Assembly (NCBI GenBank): GCA_903911245.1
Contig: CAIWCR010000028.1
Coordinates: 1 to 57,758, forward strand
Reading direction: 5' to 3'
DNA length: 57,758 nucleotides
Origin: an uncultured Parcubacteria group bacterium
Lineage (GTDB): Bacteria > Patescibacteriota > Minisyncoccia > UBA6257 > 2-01-FULL-56-20
The notes under the pieces are model-generated. The model did not search any database. It was not told the origin of the DNA and was given only the letters and a program-made list of their open reading frames with translations. The position numbers and the translations under genes were made by a program. Positions within the stretch are counted from its first letter, which is position 1, and each line of letters opens with the position of its first letter. Below are positions 56,920 through 57,758 of the stretch, one piece after another.

Positions 56920-57758
56920 ATGGATTATATATCACTGTCGGGATCGGCAGCGGCTCTTTTGGTCGGCTTTGCGGCGGGGTATTTTGTTCGCCGTTTTTGG
57001 GCAACTAAGAAGATTGGGTCGCTTGAGGCGCAGCTTGAAGGAAGGGTTCGGGAAGTAGAAACAAAAGCAAAAGAAATTGTTTTAGAGGCAAAAGAAAAAG
57101 CGGCCTCTCTTTTGGTTGATTTTAAAAACGAAGAGCGGGATCGCCGAAAGGAACTTGAATCGCTTGAATCGCGGGTTTTGAGCCGTGAAGAAATGCTTGA
57201 TAAAAAAGAAGTCGGTCTTTCTACTCAGGATGAAAAAATCCGTGCACGCGAAGAACAGGTGCATATAAAGGAGGGCGAGATTGAGAAGAAAAAAGCAGAG
57301 GCTCAGACGATGCTTGAAAAAATAGGCGGACTTTCCGCTTCTCATGCACGTGAAGAAATTCTTCGTCAAGAAAAGGAAATTCGTTCAGGCGATCTCGCGC
57401 ATGCCATTCAGAAAATGGAGAAAGAAAATCGCGAGGAAATGGAAAAAAGGGCAGGGGACATCATTACTACGTCTCTTCAGCGATATGCTCGCGCGCATGT
57501 TTCCGAGGTTACCACAACTATTTTCCCATTGGCGGATGACGATCTGAAAGGAAAGATTATTGGTCGTGAAGGAAGAAATATCCGCGCACTTGAACGCGCA
57601 ACCGGCGTTGAGTTTATTATTGATGAAGCTCCGGATGGCGTTATTATTTCGTCATTTGATCCGTATCGTCGCGAAGTCGCCAGGCTTGCGCTCGAAAAAC
57701 TCATGAAAGACGGACGAATACAGCCTGCCAAAATAGAAGAGAAGGTTGAAGAAGCAAA
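56920..57758 (+). CDS. rny: Ribonuclease Y (runs off window end)
   Basis: Manual translation from ATG 56920: N-terminal TM, coiled coil, [18 protein letters not shown] motif, FDPYRRE.A, DGRIQPA.IEE. Confidence 0.96.
   Translation, partial: MDYISLSGSAAALLVGFAAGYFVRRFWATKKIGSLEAQLEGRVREVETKAKEIVLEAKEKAASLLVDFKNEERDRRKELESLESRVLSREEMLDKKEVGLSTQDEKIRAREEQVHIKEGEIEKKKAEAQTMLEKIGGLSASHAREEILRQEKEIRSGDLAHAIQKMEKENREEMEKRAGDIITTSLQRYARAHVSEVTTTIFPLADDDLKGKIIGREGRNIRALERATGVEFIIDEAPDGVIISSFDPYRREVARLALEKLMKDGRIQPAKIEEKVEEA

Overview
Chromosomal window from a low-GC bacterium. Gene content and order suggest Patescibacteria/CPR (Parcubacteria-like); this is an inference. Standard genetic code (TGA is used as stop). 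The left part is the replication-origin region (groEL-groES <> dnaA-dnaN) followed by housekeeping genes (PBP1A, ruvC, yebC, pilB-like ATPase, ruvB, tsaE, 5'-3' exonuclease, rnj, tRNA-Leu, secG, rpmH-rnpA-yidC-jag), a CPR-type T4SS-like cluster (pilin, VirB4, PrgI, VirB6-like), rsmA and pcrA. A 16,635-bp integrative element (36278-52912) is inserted precisely into comM. Its att sites can be rebuilt from the sequence (19-bp inverted arms around a central CT dinucleotide), and excision would restore a 510-aa ComM. The element carries a large serine recombinase, an AAA_25/RepA-like helicase, a Sau3AI-like methyltransferase with two restriction-fold nucleases and Vsr, DUF3800, DUF3892, an XRE/ImmA pair flanked by peptidases, a truncated DnaB, further nucleases and several structured non-coding segments. 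To its right lie a DksA/TraR gene, an array of six 16-bp parS-like palindromes (TGTTTGTCG[A/G]CAAACA), yraN, gpmI and rny. Best leads: the parS-variant array, the comM-disrupting element, structured RNAs next to the island nucleases, and an unidentified ~185-nt host ncRNA.
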